Source: Bacteroidota bacterium
Lineage (GTDB): Bacteria > Bacteroidota > Bacteroidia > UBA7662 > CANHCV01
Length of the DNA stretch: 64,000 nt
NCBI GenBank assembly: GCA_947501265.1
Contig: CANMVY010000003.1
Location: 204,676-268,675 of the forward strand
Reading direction: 5' to 3'
Below, in pieces: positions 1-10,400 of the stretch. The notes beneath the pieces were generated by a model, which did not search any database, had not been told where the DNA came from, and worked only from the letters and a program-made list of their open reading frames with translations. The translations under genes were made by a program, and so were the position numbers. Each line of letters opens with the position of its first letter. The first letter of the stretch is position 1.

Positions 1-1092
1 AAAGCAAATGAATTAAAAAATTCTTTTTCAAGTAAACCAGAAGCAACTTATTTGTTAGGTAAGGCCTATTATTTGTCGGGGAATTACATCGAGGCTGCAA
101 AAATATTAGAATCTACTTTGCCTGAATATTCCGGTGCACAAACGTATGCGATGCTCGCTTTTATTTACAGCCAAAAGATTTTTGATTCAGAGAAATTTAA
201 TCTCTATGCCGAAAAAGCGCAACGTGAAAATCCGAATTCAAAAAACGCTCAGTTGATCGAATCGTATGCCTATCTGAACGAGAAAAAATACGATTTGGCC
301 ATAGCTGGATTTAAAAAATATTTGGATAAAAATGGTGATGATGCTATGGTTATCAGCAATTTGGCCTACTGTTACGAACAAACCAAACAGCTCCTGGAGG
401 CCAAATCCTTAAGAATTAAAAACACGCAAATTCAACCAGAAAACGGCAAAGTTTTTTATCAACTTGCAAACGTTTGCTACAAATTAAACGATTATCCTGC
501 GTCCAATGCGGCACTCATCCAATGCGTCAAACTCTCGCCCAATTACTACCAAGCCTACCTGCTCAAAGGAGTGGTTAGCTTGGCGCTGCAAGATTATGGA
601 ACCGGAAAGAAAGATTTGGAAATCGCCTTGAAAAATTTACCCGAAAAAGCTAGCGATATTTATCCGAATCTTGCCTTTGCAGCAGCTAAATTGGGAGACA
701 TGAGCGATGCTCTTCCGTATTTGACGGAATGGGAAAAGTTGGACCCGAAAAATGGGCTTGTTTTTTATACCCGCGGAAATTTGTATGCCGGAAAAGGATT
801 CTATGATAAAGCGTTGGCCAATTATTCAACTGCTATTGAACTCGATCCCAATAACCCTGATTATCTGTTGAATCGTGTAATTTTAAACATCAATCATTCG
901 CATTACCAAGAAGCTATTCAAGACGGAGAACGGCTATTGCTTCTGGATCAGAAAACAGCAGAGGTGTACTACAATCTTGGAGTAGCTTACATCAAGGACG
1001 GATCACAACTTTCCAAAGGTTGCGAGGCCATTAAAACAGCAAAAAGAATGGGGTATCCTCAAGCCGAGCAATGGCTTAGTAAATGCGACTAA
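1..1092 (+). CDS. TPR repeat-containing protein (5' end outside window)
   Basis: Frame is open from nt 1. Repeated TPR-like A/Y/L helices (e.g. AYYLSGNYIEAAKILE, YYNLGVAYIKDG). The track ORF at 52 begins on an internal TTG. Confidence 0.55.
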   Translation, partial: KANELKNSFSSKPEATYLLGKAYYLSGNYIEAAKILESTLPEYSGAQTYAMLAFIYSQKIFDSEKFNLYAEKAQRENPNSKNAQLIESYAYLNEKKYDLAIAGFKKYLDKNGDDAMVISNLAYCYEQTKQLLEAKSLRIKNTQIQPENGKVFYQLANVCYKLNDYPASNAALIQCVKLSPNYYQAYLLKGVVSLALQDYGTGKKDLEIALKNLPEKASDIYPNLAFAAAKLGDMSDALPYLTEWEKLDPKNGLVFYTRGNLYAGKGFYDKALANYSTAIELDPNNPDYLLNRVILNINHSHYQEAIQDGERLLLLDQKTAEVYYNLGVAYIKDGSQLSKGCEAIKTAKRMGYPQAEQWLSKCD

Positions 1093-2551
1093 TTTTTGTC
1101 CATAAAGACAATTCTTCAAAGTATTTTTCCCGCTGCGGATTCATCCCATCCAACTTCTTACCTTTCTTTTCGGGCTTTTGAAGTTTAATTTTCGGATTTT
1201 GTTGATACGATAGAAATTTAATTTTCCCACCTTCCCAAATGGCTTTGAGTTTCTCGGCATTTACCTCTGTTTCTCGTTCAATTTTCTTTCCCGATACATC
1301 GTAATAAATTGTCGAAATACGACCGCTGGCCAGCATTTCTTTAGACTGATCTTCATAAAAAGCGACAACAAGTGTGTCTGATTTTATTTGATTGGTATGG
1401 CAGCAATCTACCCATTGCAAAACAAAACAAGAATCATAACATTCCATCCATTGCTTGTTTTTCGACTTTTTTTGGACCATCCTTTGGGCAGAAATTTGAA
1501 ATTCATTGGTCCAAATCATGGGGCTCTTTTCTAAAAAAATGGTTGAATCTGCTTTTTTGTACTTCAAAAAACCACAAACACTCAACAATGAATCATTTTT
1601 CAAGTGATTTTCAGGGAAAGAAAAATACTCCAATGAGTTGCCAGTTAGGGTATCGGTGAATAAATAGGTGGTATCTTTTTCATCGATCCATCTTACCAAA
1701 ACATTTTTCGTGACGAAAATAGAGTCGTTCTCTGTCCACCGTTTCAAGTATTTTCCCCAAACACATTGGCTTTTTGAAGAATCTTGTAAAGAAAAGGCGC
1801 CGAAAACCTCCTGGAAATTCATCTTTTTGTTCCACACAAAGGTGTCGCATTGCAATTCATTCCCTGAACTATCGTTCATGCGAACCCCGTTCAATAATTT
1901 TGCTTGTTGATTTAGTTTTGAATAATATCCTCCGTTGCATATTCCTTTTTGTCCCTCCAACCAAAAAGTAGTCTTTTGGAAGAACAGCAACTGTTCTGTA
2001 TCTTTTTTAAATCCAATGCTATCTGCTTTTATTGTAACGGTTTTATCCTCTATTTGAGCATGGCCAATCAATAATACCAATGACTGATCCCGATAGAAAT
2101 ATCCAGAATCGGAAGTTGCGCGAATCCCGGGTGCATCAATTTGGCCTTTTGTTCGATAACTTCCTACACGGGTATCGGTCCGATATTCCACCCGATGGGT
2201 GCGTAAGCGTTGATTTCCTTCGGTTAACTGTACACCACCTTGCAATAACGCCAAGCGGGTTTCTCCCGAATAATCCAATTCAAAACAATTTGCCTTAAAC
2301 CCATCCTGAATGAGACGAACTTGGCCTTTTGCAAGCAATCGGTTCTGAGACGGATAAAAATACCCCGAATCGCAGTACAAATGAGCATCTCCCTGCTTGA
2401 AATGGATGTTCCCTTGCAGTTTTTGAGCACCAGGATACAGCGATTCGTCGACCGATGTACGATCAACGTTAACCACTTCAAGTGGGATGGATTGGGAAAA
2501 AAGGCAACTCACCGAAAATAAAAGAAGTAAACTGAAGATTCCTTTTTTCAT
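1076..2551 (-). CDS. OstA/LptD-N-like repeat protein (secreted)
   Basis: Signal peptide MKKGIFSLLLLFSVSCLFSQ at an internal Met. Repeated OstA-like motifs (GNIHFKQGDAHLYCDSGYFY, LLIGHAQIEDKTV). Family call is by eye. Confidence 0.5.
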   Translation of the reverse strand: MKKGIFSLLLLFSVSCLFSQSIPLEVVNVDRTSVDESLYPGAQKLQGNIHFKQGDAHLYCDSGYFYPSQNRLLAKGQVRLIQDGFKANCFELDYSGETRLALLQGGVQLTEGNQRLRTHRVEYRTDTRVGSYRTKGQIDAPGIRATSDSGYFYRDQSLVLLIGHAQIEDKTVTIKADSIGFKKDTEQLLFFQKTTFWLEGQKGICNGGYYSKLNQQAKLLNGVRMNDSSGNELQCDTFVWNKKMNFQEVFGAFSLQDSSKSQCVWGKYLKRWTENDSIFVTKNVLVRWIDEKDTTYLFTDTLTGNSLEYFSFPENHLKNDSLLSVCGFLKYKKADSTIFLEKSPMIWTNEFQISAQRMVQKKSKNKQWMECYDSCFVLQWVDCCHTNQIKSDTLVVAFYEDQSKEMLASGRISTIYYDVSGKKIERETEVNAEKLKAIWEGGKIKFLSYQQNPKIKLQKPEKKGKKLDGMNPQREKYFEELSLWTKISRIY

Positions 2552-2607
2552 ACTGCGAAATAACGAAAAAAAAGTGAAGAAAATTTTGGGAGATTGGCTC
2601 AAAATGT

Positions 2608-2615
2608 TATTTTTG
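2608..2615 (+). promoter_or_regulatory. Putative Bacteroidetes -7 box (TATTTTTG) for tRNA-His
   Basis: Matches TAnnTTTG 15 nt upstream of the mature tRNA 5' end. Confidence 0.35.
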
Positions 2616-2629
2616 CACCCACAAAATCT

Positions 2630-2704
2630 GGTGGCTATAGCTCAGTCGGTTAGAGTAGCGGGTTGTGGTTCCGTTGGTCGTGGGTTCGAATCCCATTAGT
2701 CACC
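2630..2704 (+). tRNA. tRNA-His (anticodon GTG), with G-1, no encoded CCA
   Basis: Hand-folded cloverleaf. Extra 5' G pairs with discriminator C. Acceptor GTGGCTA/TAGTCAC, D-arm GCTC-AGTCGGTTA-GAGT, anticodon loop TTGTGGT, T-arm GTGGG-TTCGAAT-CCCAT. Confidence 0.85.
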
Positions 2705-2708
2705 CGAA

Positions 2709-2737
2709 AAGAGGTCAGTTTTTGACCTCTTTTTTTA
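2709..2737 (+). terminator. Rho-independent terminator after tRNA-His
   Basis: GAGGTCAG-TTTT-TGACCTC hairpin followed by a run of seven T. Confidence 0.7.
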
Positions 2738-2749
2738 TGTGCAATTGTG

Positions 2750-2757
2750 TACTTTTG
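2750..2757 (+). promoter_or_regulatory. Putative -7 box (TACTTTTG) for the PPIase gene
   Basis: TAnnTTTG match 16 nt upstream of the ATG at 2773. Confidence 0.35.
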
Positions 2758-2772
2758 TAAAAAAATAAGAAC

Positions 2773-3537
2773 ATGAAAAAATTGCTCTTCCTTGGAATCG
2801 CCCTTCTTTCTTTATCGGTGTACAGTCAACCGAAAAAAACGGTTTCGACTTCTAAACCCAAAGGTGCTGTTACTTCCAAAACAACCCCTAAAACAACCCC
2901 TAAAATATCGTCAACTTCAAAACCTCAAAATTCAACTAAAATGACTAATACCCCTGATACTTTGGTAAAGATTTCAACCATTCATGGTGATATGGTTGTT
3001 CGTTTGTACGAAAATACTCCATTGCATCGTGCTAATTTCATTAAACTAGCCCAAGAAGGTTATTTCGATGGGACCATTTTTCATCGTGTAATTGGTAGCT
3101 TTATGATTCAGGGAGGCGATCCCGATTCAAAAAATCCAACACCGGGTTCTCAATACGGAATGGGTGGGCCGAGCTACACCATCCCAGCTGAATTTCGTGC
3201 GGAGTATATTCATAAAAAAGGTGCATTGGCCGCTGCTAGAACCAATAATCCAGAAAAAGCGTCCAGCGGCTCCCAGTTTTACATTGTTCAAGGTCAAAAA
3301 TATCCCGCCGCTCAACTTACTCAAATGGGCGCACAATCCGGTGTTCGTTATACGCCCGAACAAACGCAATCTTACGCTAATCTTGGAGGAACTCCCTTTT
3401 TAGATATGCAATACACCGTTTTTGGAGAGGTGATTGAGGGGTTGGATGTGATTGATAAAATTGCTGCAGAACCAACCATGCCCGGTGATCGCCCTAAAAA
3501 AGACATCGTCATGAAGGTTTCTGTAGTCGTAAAATAA
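2773..3537 (+). CDS. Peptidyl-prolyl cis-trans isomerase, cyclophilin type (secreted)
   Basis: Signal peptide and S/T/P-rich linker. Cyclophilin core motifs HRVIGSFMIQGGDP and FGEVIEGLDVIDKI. Confidence 0.85.
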   Translation: MKKLLFLGIALLSLSVYSQPKKTVSTSKPKGAVTSKTTPKTTPKISSTSKPQNSTKMTNTPDTLVKISTIHGDMVVRLYENTPLHRANFIKLAQEGYFDGTIFHRVIGSFMIQGGDPDSKNPTPGSQYGMGGPSYTIPAEFRAEYIHKKGALAAARTNNPEKASSGSQFYIVQGQKYPAAQLTQMGAQSGVRYTPEQTQSYANLGGTPFLDMQYTVFGEVIEGLDVIDKIAAEPTMPGDRPKKDIVMKVSVVVK

Positions 3538-4304
3538 TGAAAATACTTTCCTACAACGTCAACGGAATTCGCTCGGCTTCTTCAAAAGGACTCTTTGATT
3601 TTCTTCAAAAAGACAATCCAGATGTTGTTCTTTTTCAAGAAATTAAAGCATCAGATGATCAGATTCCGGTTGAATGGTATCAGCCACTAGGTTACCAAGC
3701 CATCTGGCACCCAGCTCAGAAAAAGGGTTACAGTGGGGTAGGAGTGCTTTTCAAAGCGAACGCGATCGGTTTTCAAATTGGTTCGGGTATGGAAGAGTTG
3801 GATCATGAAGGCCGATTTATTCGGGTTGATTTTGAACATTTTTCGGTGATGAGCCTTTACTTGCCCAGTGGAACTTCGGGAGAAGAAAGGCAAGCTTTCA
3901 AGATGGAAACACTTGTGAAGTTTATCAATTGGATCGAAGAAACGCGAAAGAATTTTCCCAAATTGGTCCTTGGCGGCGATTTCAATATTTGTCGTGAAGC
4001 CATCGATATCCATGATCCCGTTCGAAACAAAGACGTTAGCGGCTTTAAACCGGAGGAGCGACAATGGTTTGCATCATTTTTGGAATTAGGTTGGATTGAT
4101 TCCTTTCGTTATTTTCATCCGCATGCTGCACATCGCTACAGTTGGTGGACTTTCCGTGCTGGAGCCAGAGCGAACAACAAGGGTTGGAGAATTGATTACC
4201 TTTTGGTTACTAATAATTTGGAAAAACAGCTTGTTTCAGCTGATATTCTTCACGATATTGTTCATTCAGATCATTGTCCTGTTCAACTTGAATTGAAATT
4301 TTAA
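3537..4304 (+). CDS. xth: Exodeoxyribonuclease III (EEP family)
   Basis: MKILSYNVNGIRSA N-terminus. Catalytic LFQEIK, GGDFNI and SDHCPV motifs. ATGA overlap with upstream gene. Confidence 0.85.
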   Translation: MKILSYNVNGIRSASSKGLFDFLQKDNPDVVLFQEIKASDDQIPVEWYQPLGYQAIWHPAQKKGYSGVGVLFKANAIGFQIGSGMEELDHEGRFIRVDFEHFSVMSLYLPSGTSGEERQAFKMETLVKFINWIEETRKNFPKLVLGGDFNICREAIDIHDPVRNKDVSGFKPEERQWFASFLELGWIDSFRYFHPHAAHRYSWWTFRAGARANNKGWRIDYLLVTNNLEKQLVSADILHDIVHSDHCPVQLELKF

Positions 4305-4308
4305 AATA

Positions 4309-4842
4309 ATGAATAAAACAAATTGGATCATGGATCCTGCTCACTCTGAAATCGTGTTCAAAGTGCGCCACATGATGATTACCAATGTTTCTGGAACCTT
4401 CAATGAGTTTTCTGGAAAAATGTTGGCATCTAAAGAAGATTTTACCGATGCTGAAATTAGTTTTGAGGCCGATTTGAATTCGGTTAGTACCCGAAATGAA
4501 CAACGGGATGAGCATTTGAAAAGTCCTGATTTTTTCGATGTTACAAACTTTCCAAAACTCACCTTTACAGGTAAGGAACTCAAAAAAACTGCCGGAAACG
4601 AATATCAATTGATCGGCGAATTGGATTTGCACAAAGAAAAAAGAACCATTGTTTTGGATGTCGAATTCATGGGAGTGGCCATCGATCCATGGGGACAAGT
4701 GAAAGCTGGATTTGAAATTAAAGGATCCATTGATCGTTTTGACTACGGATTGAGTTGGAATTTAACTGCAGAAGACGGCACAGTGGTGGTTGATAAATCC
4801 ATCAAATTGGCCATCAATGCTCAATTCATCAAACAAATTTGA
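4309..4842 (+). CDS. YceI family protein
   Basis: WIMDPAHSEIVFKVRHMMITNVSGTF N-terminus typical of the YceI-like domain. About 177 aa. Confidence 0.75.
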   Translation: MNKTNWIMDPAHSEIVFKVRHMMITNVSGTFNEFSGKMLASKEDFTDAEISFEADLNSVSTRNEQRDEHLKSPDFFDVTNFPKLTFTGKELKKTAGNEYQLIGELDLHKEKRTIVLDVEFMGVAIDPWGQVKAGFEIKGSIDRFDYGLSWNLTAEDGTVVVDKSIKLAINAQFIKQI

Positions 4843-4848
4843 TGTTAA

Positions 4849-7395
4849 ATGGGCCTGATAGGAAATCCACTTCATTTCAGAGGTAACCAAAAAAAGTTTT
4901 TTCGGTTTGGTGTTGCCTTTGGATTTGTTTTTCCTATTCTGGGCACTGTTTTGGAATGTTCCTTGGCCAATGAGGGTTCATTTTCTTGGATGGAGTGTTT
5001 GGAGGTGCAAGCAAGTCGACCAGGAATTTGGCTGACGGATTTAGCGCCCATCATTATGGGATTCCTTTCCGCTTTTGCCGGGCGCTTACTCGATGAAGTC
5101 GAAAGAAAGAAGTCTCTAGCCGATAAAAGGTACGAGGAAATGCTCTCTTTGCGCCAAATTGCCGATCGTGCAAATCATGCAAAAAGCGAATTTTTGGCCA
5201 ACATGTCCCACGAAATTCGAACCCCCATGAATGCCATCATTGGCATGAATTACCTTCTAAGAAAAACCGAACTTTCCGATAAACAAGCGGAATATAACCA
5301 TAAAATTGAGGTTTCCGCCAAAAGTCTTTTGCGAATCATCGACGATATCCTCGATTTTTCCAAAATTGAGGCTGGTAAGCTTACCCTTGAAAATACGCCT
5401 CTTTTTATTGAAGAGTTGGTTCAGGAAGTTGCGGATACCGTGAATGTTAAGCTTCAGCGAAAGAAAGAGGTAGAATTGGTTACTCAAATTGATACAGATA
5501 TTCCAGCTATCATTTTAGGAGACACCATTCGATTGCGTCAAGTTCTATTGAATTTGGCTGACAATGCTGCCAAATTTACACATCAAGGAGAAATTGCCAT
5601 CCGAGTAAAGTTGGTTAGAAAGGTAGATTACGGAATTTTTCTTCATTTTAGCGTTAAAGACTCTGGAATTGGTATTTCCAAAGAACAAGCTAGAAAATTG
5701 TTTTCTCCTTTTCAGCAGGCTGATCTATCTACTACCAGAAAGTTTGGTGGAACCGGTTTAGGATTGGCCATTTGCAGAAAAATTGTAGAAATGATGGACG
5801 GAGAATTGGAAATGGAAAGTTCCCTGGGTAAGGGTTCCGAATTTCACTTCAATGCATTTTTCTCTTTACCCGTAGAAGAAGCTTTGCCCATTGCATTTTC
5901 AGAATCAATTCTGAAAGGTAAAAAAGCTCTGCTTGTAGATGATTCAGAAAGTGCCCGAATGGTTCTTGCTGAAATGTTGGGTACCATGGGGTTTCATGTT
6001 TTGGTGGCCAAAGATGCATACGAGGCCATTGAAATGTACGAAGCCGAGGATTTGGCACATCATCCCATTACACTTTTGGTGGTCGATTGGCAAATGCCAG
6101 GAATGGATGGTTTGCAATTGGTTCGTGAATTAAAAGCCAAACAAGGCCAAGAAATTCCGGCTATCCTTATGGTAACTGCGTACGGCCTTGATAGTGTGAA
6201 AGACGCTGCAAAAAATAAAGAGGTTGATGGAGTCATGTTGAAACCCATCAATCAAAGCGCTTTGCACGATACGTTGATTGAAATTCTGCATCTTAAACAA
6301 GGTAAAGACGCCATTAAACCTAAATTTGACCTCGATACGAATGTTTTGAAAGAGCATTTATTGGGAAAGAAAGTGCTTTTGGTAGAAGACAAAGAAATTA
6401 ACCGGGAATTGGCAACGGAACTATTGAACGAAGTTGGCATAAATGTCGAATCCGCTGAAAATGGAAAAATTGCCATTGAAATGGTTGAGCAAAATGCCTA
6501 TGATTTGGTTTTGATGGATATTCAAATGCCTGAAATGGATGGATTAACGGCCACGAAAATGATCCGCGCAACCGGTCGATTTTCAAATCTCCCAATCCTT
6601 GCGATGACGGCCCATGCCATGAAAGGCGAAGCCGAAAAAAGTATGGCTGCGGGGATGAATGAACACATCACCAAACCCATTGATCCCGTTTTTCTCTACA
6701 AAACCCTGTTTAAATACCTCTGCCCGCATATCACCATAGAGGATTTGAACAGTTCAGCCATGAGCAACTCCAATGAGAAAAATGAGCAGGAGGAGCAACT
6801 GATTTTGTCCATTCCAGGGATTGATACGAAAAATGGATTGAACAGAATTGGAAATAAGGCAGATGCCTATATCCGATTGTTGCAAACGTTTGCCAATACC
6901 TACAAATCCTCCGTTTCGGAAATTCAATCTTATTTCGATCTTCAAAAAAAATCTGAACTGGCTTCTTTCCTACATACTTTAGCCGGTGTTGCTGGGAATT
7001 TGGGAGCTCAAAAAGTGTATCAAATTTCCTACTCCCTTTCGGTTCGATTGAAAAATGAATCAAACGACTTCAATTGGGAGGACTTTTCCTTGGAAATTCA
7101 AGATTTGTTATCCGAAATGGAATCGATTATTTCTGAAATTCAGAAAATTGATGTCTCGGAAGGAAAAGGTCATGTTCCCCTTACCGATTTAACTCCAGAA
7201 GATATTCGATTGAAAATGGAGGAGTTAAAAATCTCCATTGAAGAAAATGACCCGGGTGCAGTTGATATTTGTCGCGAAGTTTTGAGTTCCTCTAACCTAA
7301 CGTCAATTCAAAAAAATGTTCTTCTTGAATTGCAAACCCTCTTAGCGGCGTTTGAATTTGATCAAGCGATGGTCATTATTCAGAAATTACCGTGA
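4849..7395 (+). CDS. Hybrid sensor histidine kinase/response regulator with two REC domains and a C-terminal Hpt
   Basis: H-box ANMSHEIRTPMNAIIGM. HATPase G-boxes DSGIGI and GGTGLGLAI. Two receiver domains (LLVDDSESARM with DWQMPGMDG; LLVEDKEINREL with DIQMPEMDGL). C-terminal Hpt-like helix bundle. Two short N-terminal TM helices. Confidence 0.85.
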   Translation: MGLIGNPLHFRGNQKKFFRFGVAFGFVFPILGTVLECSLANEGSFSWMECLEVQASRPGIWLTDLAPIIMGFLSAFAGRLLDEVERKKSLADKRYEEMLSLRQIADRANHAKSEFLANMSHEIRTPMNAIIGMNYLLRKTELSDKQAEYNHKIEVSAKSLLRIIDDILDFSKIEAGKLTLENTPLFIEELVQEVADTVNVKLQRKKEVELVTQIDTDIPAIILGDTIRLRQVLLNLADNAAKFTHQGEIAIRVKLVRKVDYGIFLHFSVKDSGIGISKEQARKLFSPFQQADLSTTRKFGGTGLGLAICRKIVEMMDGELEMESSLGKGSEFHFNAFFSLPVEEALPIAFSESILKGKKALLVDDSESARMVLAEMLGTMGFHVLVAKDAYEAIEMYEAEDLAHHPITLLVVDWQMPGMDGLQLVRELKAKQGQEIPAILMVTAYGLDSVKDAAKNKEVDGVMLKPINQSALHDTLIEILHLKQGKDAIKPKFDLDTNVLKEHLLGKKVLLVEDKEINRELATELLNEVGINVESAENGKIAIEMVEQNAYDLVLMDIQMPEMDGLTATKMIRATGRFSNLPILAMTAHAMKGEAEKSMAAGMNEHITKPIDPVFLYKTLFKYLCPHITIEDLNSSAMSNSNEKNEQEEQLILSIPGIDTKNGLNRIGNKADAYIRLLQTFANTYKSSVSEIQSYFDLQKKSELASFLHTLAGVAGNLGAQKVYQISYSLSVRLKNESNDFNWEDFSLEIQDLLSEMESIISEIQKIDVSEGKGHVPLTDLTPEDIRLKMEELKISIEENDPGAVDICREVLSSSNLTSIQKNVLLELQTLLAAFEFDQAMVIIQKLP

Positions 7396-7426
7396 TAATG
7401 GTTTCAATTTCAGTATTTTTGTGACA

Positions 7427-10400
7427 ATGAGTTCACTGTACAAAAGTAAAACCTGGGCGTTTTTTGCCTTTTCTTTGTTTTTTGTAATCCAGTCTTTGGC
7501 TCAACCTTTTTCCAATTCTTGGGTAAACCTCAATCAGACTTATCGGAAGATCAAAATTGGGAAAGAAGGCGTTTATAAAATCGATTTTCAAAAAATAGTC
7601 AATGGAGGTTTTCCTTCTACCATTGATCCTCGAAACATTCAGCTTTTTTGCAAAGGAATAGAGGTGCCGTTGTATGCTGAAGGACAGTCGGATGGACTTT
7701 TAGATCCATCGGATTTCTTTCTTTTTCACGGGACTTCCAACGACGGCTGGTTGGATAGTACTTTGTATGTTCCGCGAACGTCCCAGCCGCAATCCTTTGT
7801 TTCCCTTTATACCGATACGTCGGTTTATTTCTTAACGGTTGGAAATCAGCCCGGACTTCGTTTTCAGGATTTTGATGGATCCAATACCGTTGGGAATCCA
7901 GAATTATTTTATAATCACACGGTTACTCGAGTAGATACCAATGCCTATTATTTAGGAGTTCCCTACTTTTCCAATTATTTTAGTGAGATGGGGGAAGGCG
8001 AGGGTTGGATGGGGCAGCGGGTTCAAGTGATTAATAACCCTACTGCAGCACCGGTTCGGCAAGATGTAAATTTCAATTTTTCCTTTTTAACCCCTTTTAA
8101 ATCTACCCAAGCGGTTCCATGCACTTTGGATCTTCAATTTTATGGCGTTTCCAATGCCGATGTTTCCAATGTGCCTTCTGGTTACAACCATCACATTCAA
8201 GTGAAACAAGGAACAACGGTTTTATTGGATACTCTTTTTTATGGATTAACCCGAGTAAAAAAGATATTGCTTTTTCCTACTTTGGTCAACAATCCCACCT
8301 TTACATTAACCATTGTTGATGATCAAAATTTAGCCGTTGATGCCATTGCGTTTAGTTATGCCCAATTAACGTATCCCCGAACGTTTGAAATGAGCGATAC
8401 GACCCAACGGAGGTTCACTTTTGAAGGAACATCGGCTTCTCCTTACCTCCGCTTTTCACCGTTTAAAAATGCTGCTTTGGCCAGCCCCATGTTGTTCGAT
8501 CTTCAACAGCGATATGCCATTCGAGGAAGCGTTGTGGGGAATAGTTTCAATACCATGCTGCCTGGATCGGGTCCGGCTTTTCAATACTTTTTGTTCGATT
8601 ACTTCTCCCATCCTGAACTCATTGATAGTTTATGGCCGGTTAGAATGGTTAATCATCAAACGCCTGTGAATCCGCAGTACATCATGATTTTTCATCCGTC
8701 TTTGCAAAACGCAACCATTGCGCATGCCACTTACCGTTCCTCGGTACAAGGAGGCGGCTATCGGGTGGCATTGGTGAATATTCTTGATCTTTACGACCAA
8801 TTTTCCTTTGGAATTCAGCACCCGCTGGCCATTCGAAATTACATTCAATACTTATTTGGAACCCAATCCCAAGCTCCCCAATTCTTGTTGTTGGTAGGGA
8901 AAGGATATGTTTCCGATTATGTAAGAAAAAGAAGAGGAAGTATTACTGCTCAAAATAACTTGATCCCAACCATGGGAAACCCGGCCTCAGATATTCTACT
9001 GACTTCTGGATTAGGGGGTTCTCGTTTGGAGCCAGCCTTGCCAACCGGTCGAATTTCCGCACGAACCAATGCAGAAGCCGAATTCTTTTTGAGTAAAATT
9101 CGTTCCACGGAAACTTCACCGCCAGCCGTTTGGCAAAAAGAAATTGCATTGATTACGGGAGCAAAATCGGCCTTTGAATTGAACGACATTGCCCAATACC
9201 AAAATGCTTTTTTCGATTCCATCCGCGGAATCCCTTTTGGTGCCTTCTCCTACAAGGTGGAAAAAAACACCACACTTCCCGTTTCCAATAAATTAAAAGG
9301 AGAAATCATTGACAAGGTGAATCAAGGATTGGGAATTTTTAGTTATTTCGGACACGGATCTACGAACACCCTTGCCATTGATATCGGACAGCCAAGTGAG
9401 TACGGGAATCAAGGGAAATATCCATTCATGTTGTTCAATGGATGTTACGTTGGAAATGCCTTTGAAGATAATTCCTTAGGCGAAAAATTTACTTTGGCAA
9501 ACCAAATTGGGGCGTCTGGGTGGTTGGCACACAGCTATTTGGGACTTGTTCCGTATTTAGGTGAATTATCAAAACGATTTTTTGGAAGCGTTCAACGAAA
9601 TTATGGTCAACCTGTTGGAGTTCATCTACAGAATGCGATGCGAAGTTTTCAAGGTATTGGAGGAGAATATACCAAAATTCATATTCAACAAGCCATTTTT
9701 CAGGGTGATCCCGCAATGAGGTTATTCTCTCCACCAAAGCCAGACTTTTCCATTTCATCCCCTGACGTTTATTTGGACCCCGATCCTGCAAATGCCTTGA
9801 TGGATTCCATCTCATTGAAAATTTTGATCAATAATGCAGGTAGATCCACGGATGATAGCATCAATATTCACGTTGGAAGGAAAGTTGAAAATGGTATTGA
9901 TACTTTCGGAATTCCAATTCGTATCAAGCCTCCCTACAACAAAGGACTTTATTCCTACACGTTCCGATCTCCAGGTCAAAAGTATCAAGGAAGCAATCAG
10001 TTTACGGTTATTCTCGATTCGATCAATGAAGTTGATGAACTTGATAATTGGATTAACAATCGGGTTCAATACAAGTATTTTCTTCCAGGAAATGGAATAA
10101 CCGTTATTTCTCCAGCAGATTTCGATATCGTTGGAACCGACACCTTGAAAATTCTTCTGCAATATTCCGACCTAAAAAACATTTCAACCCCCGTTATTTT
10201 AGAGATTGATACCTTGCCCTCCTTTAATTCTGGATTCAGACAGCGTATTCTTCCGTCTTCTTCCAATAATTTAATTGAAGTGAATGTTCCTATTTCCGGA
10301 TTGCAGGACAGTTTGGTATTTTTCTTACGTGCTAAACTGGATCTGCCTGACACAGCTGGAGGTTATTGGATCAACCGAACCTTTACTCGATTGATTGGAC

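Noticed and set aside
2487-2699. 70-aa plus-strand ORF spanning tRNA-His
   Set aside because: It runs straight through the tRNA gene and is a spurious frame.
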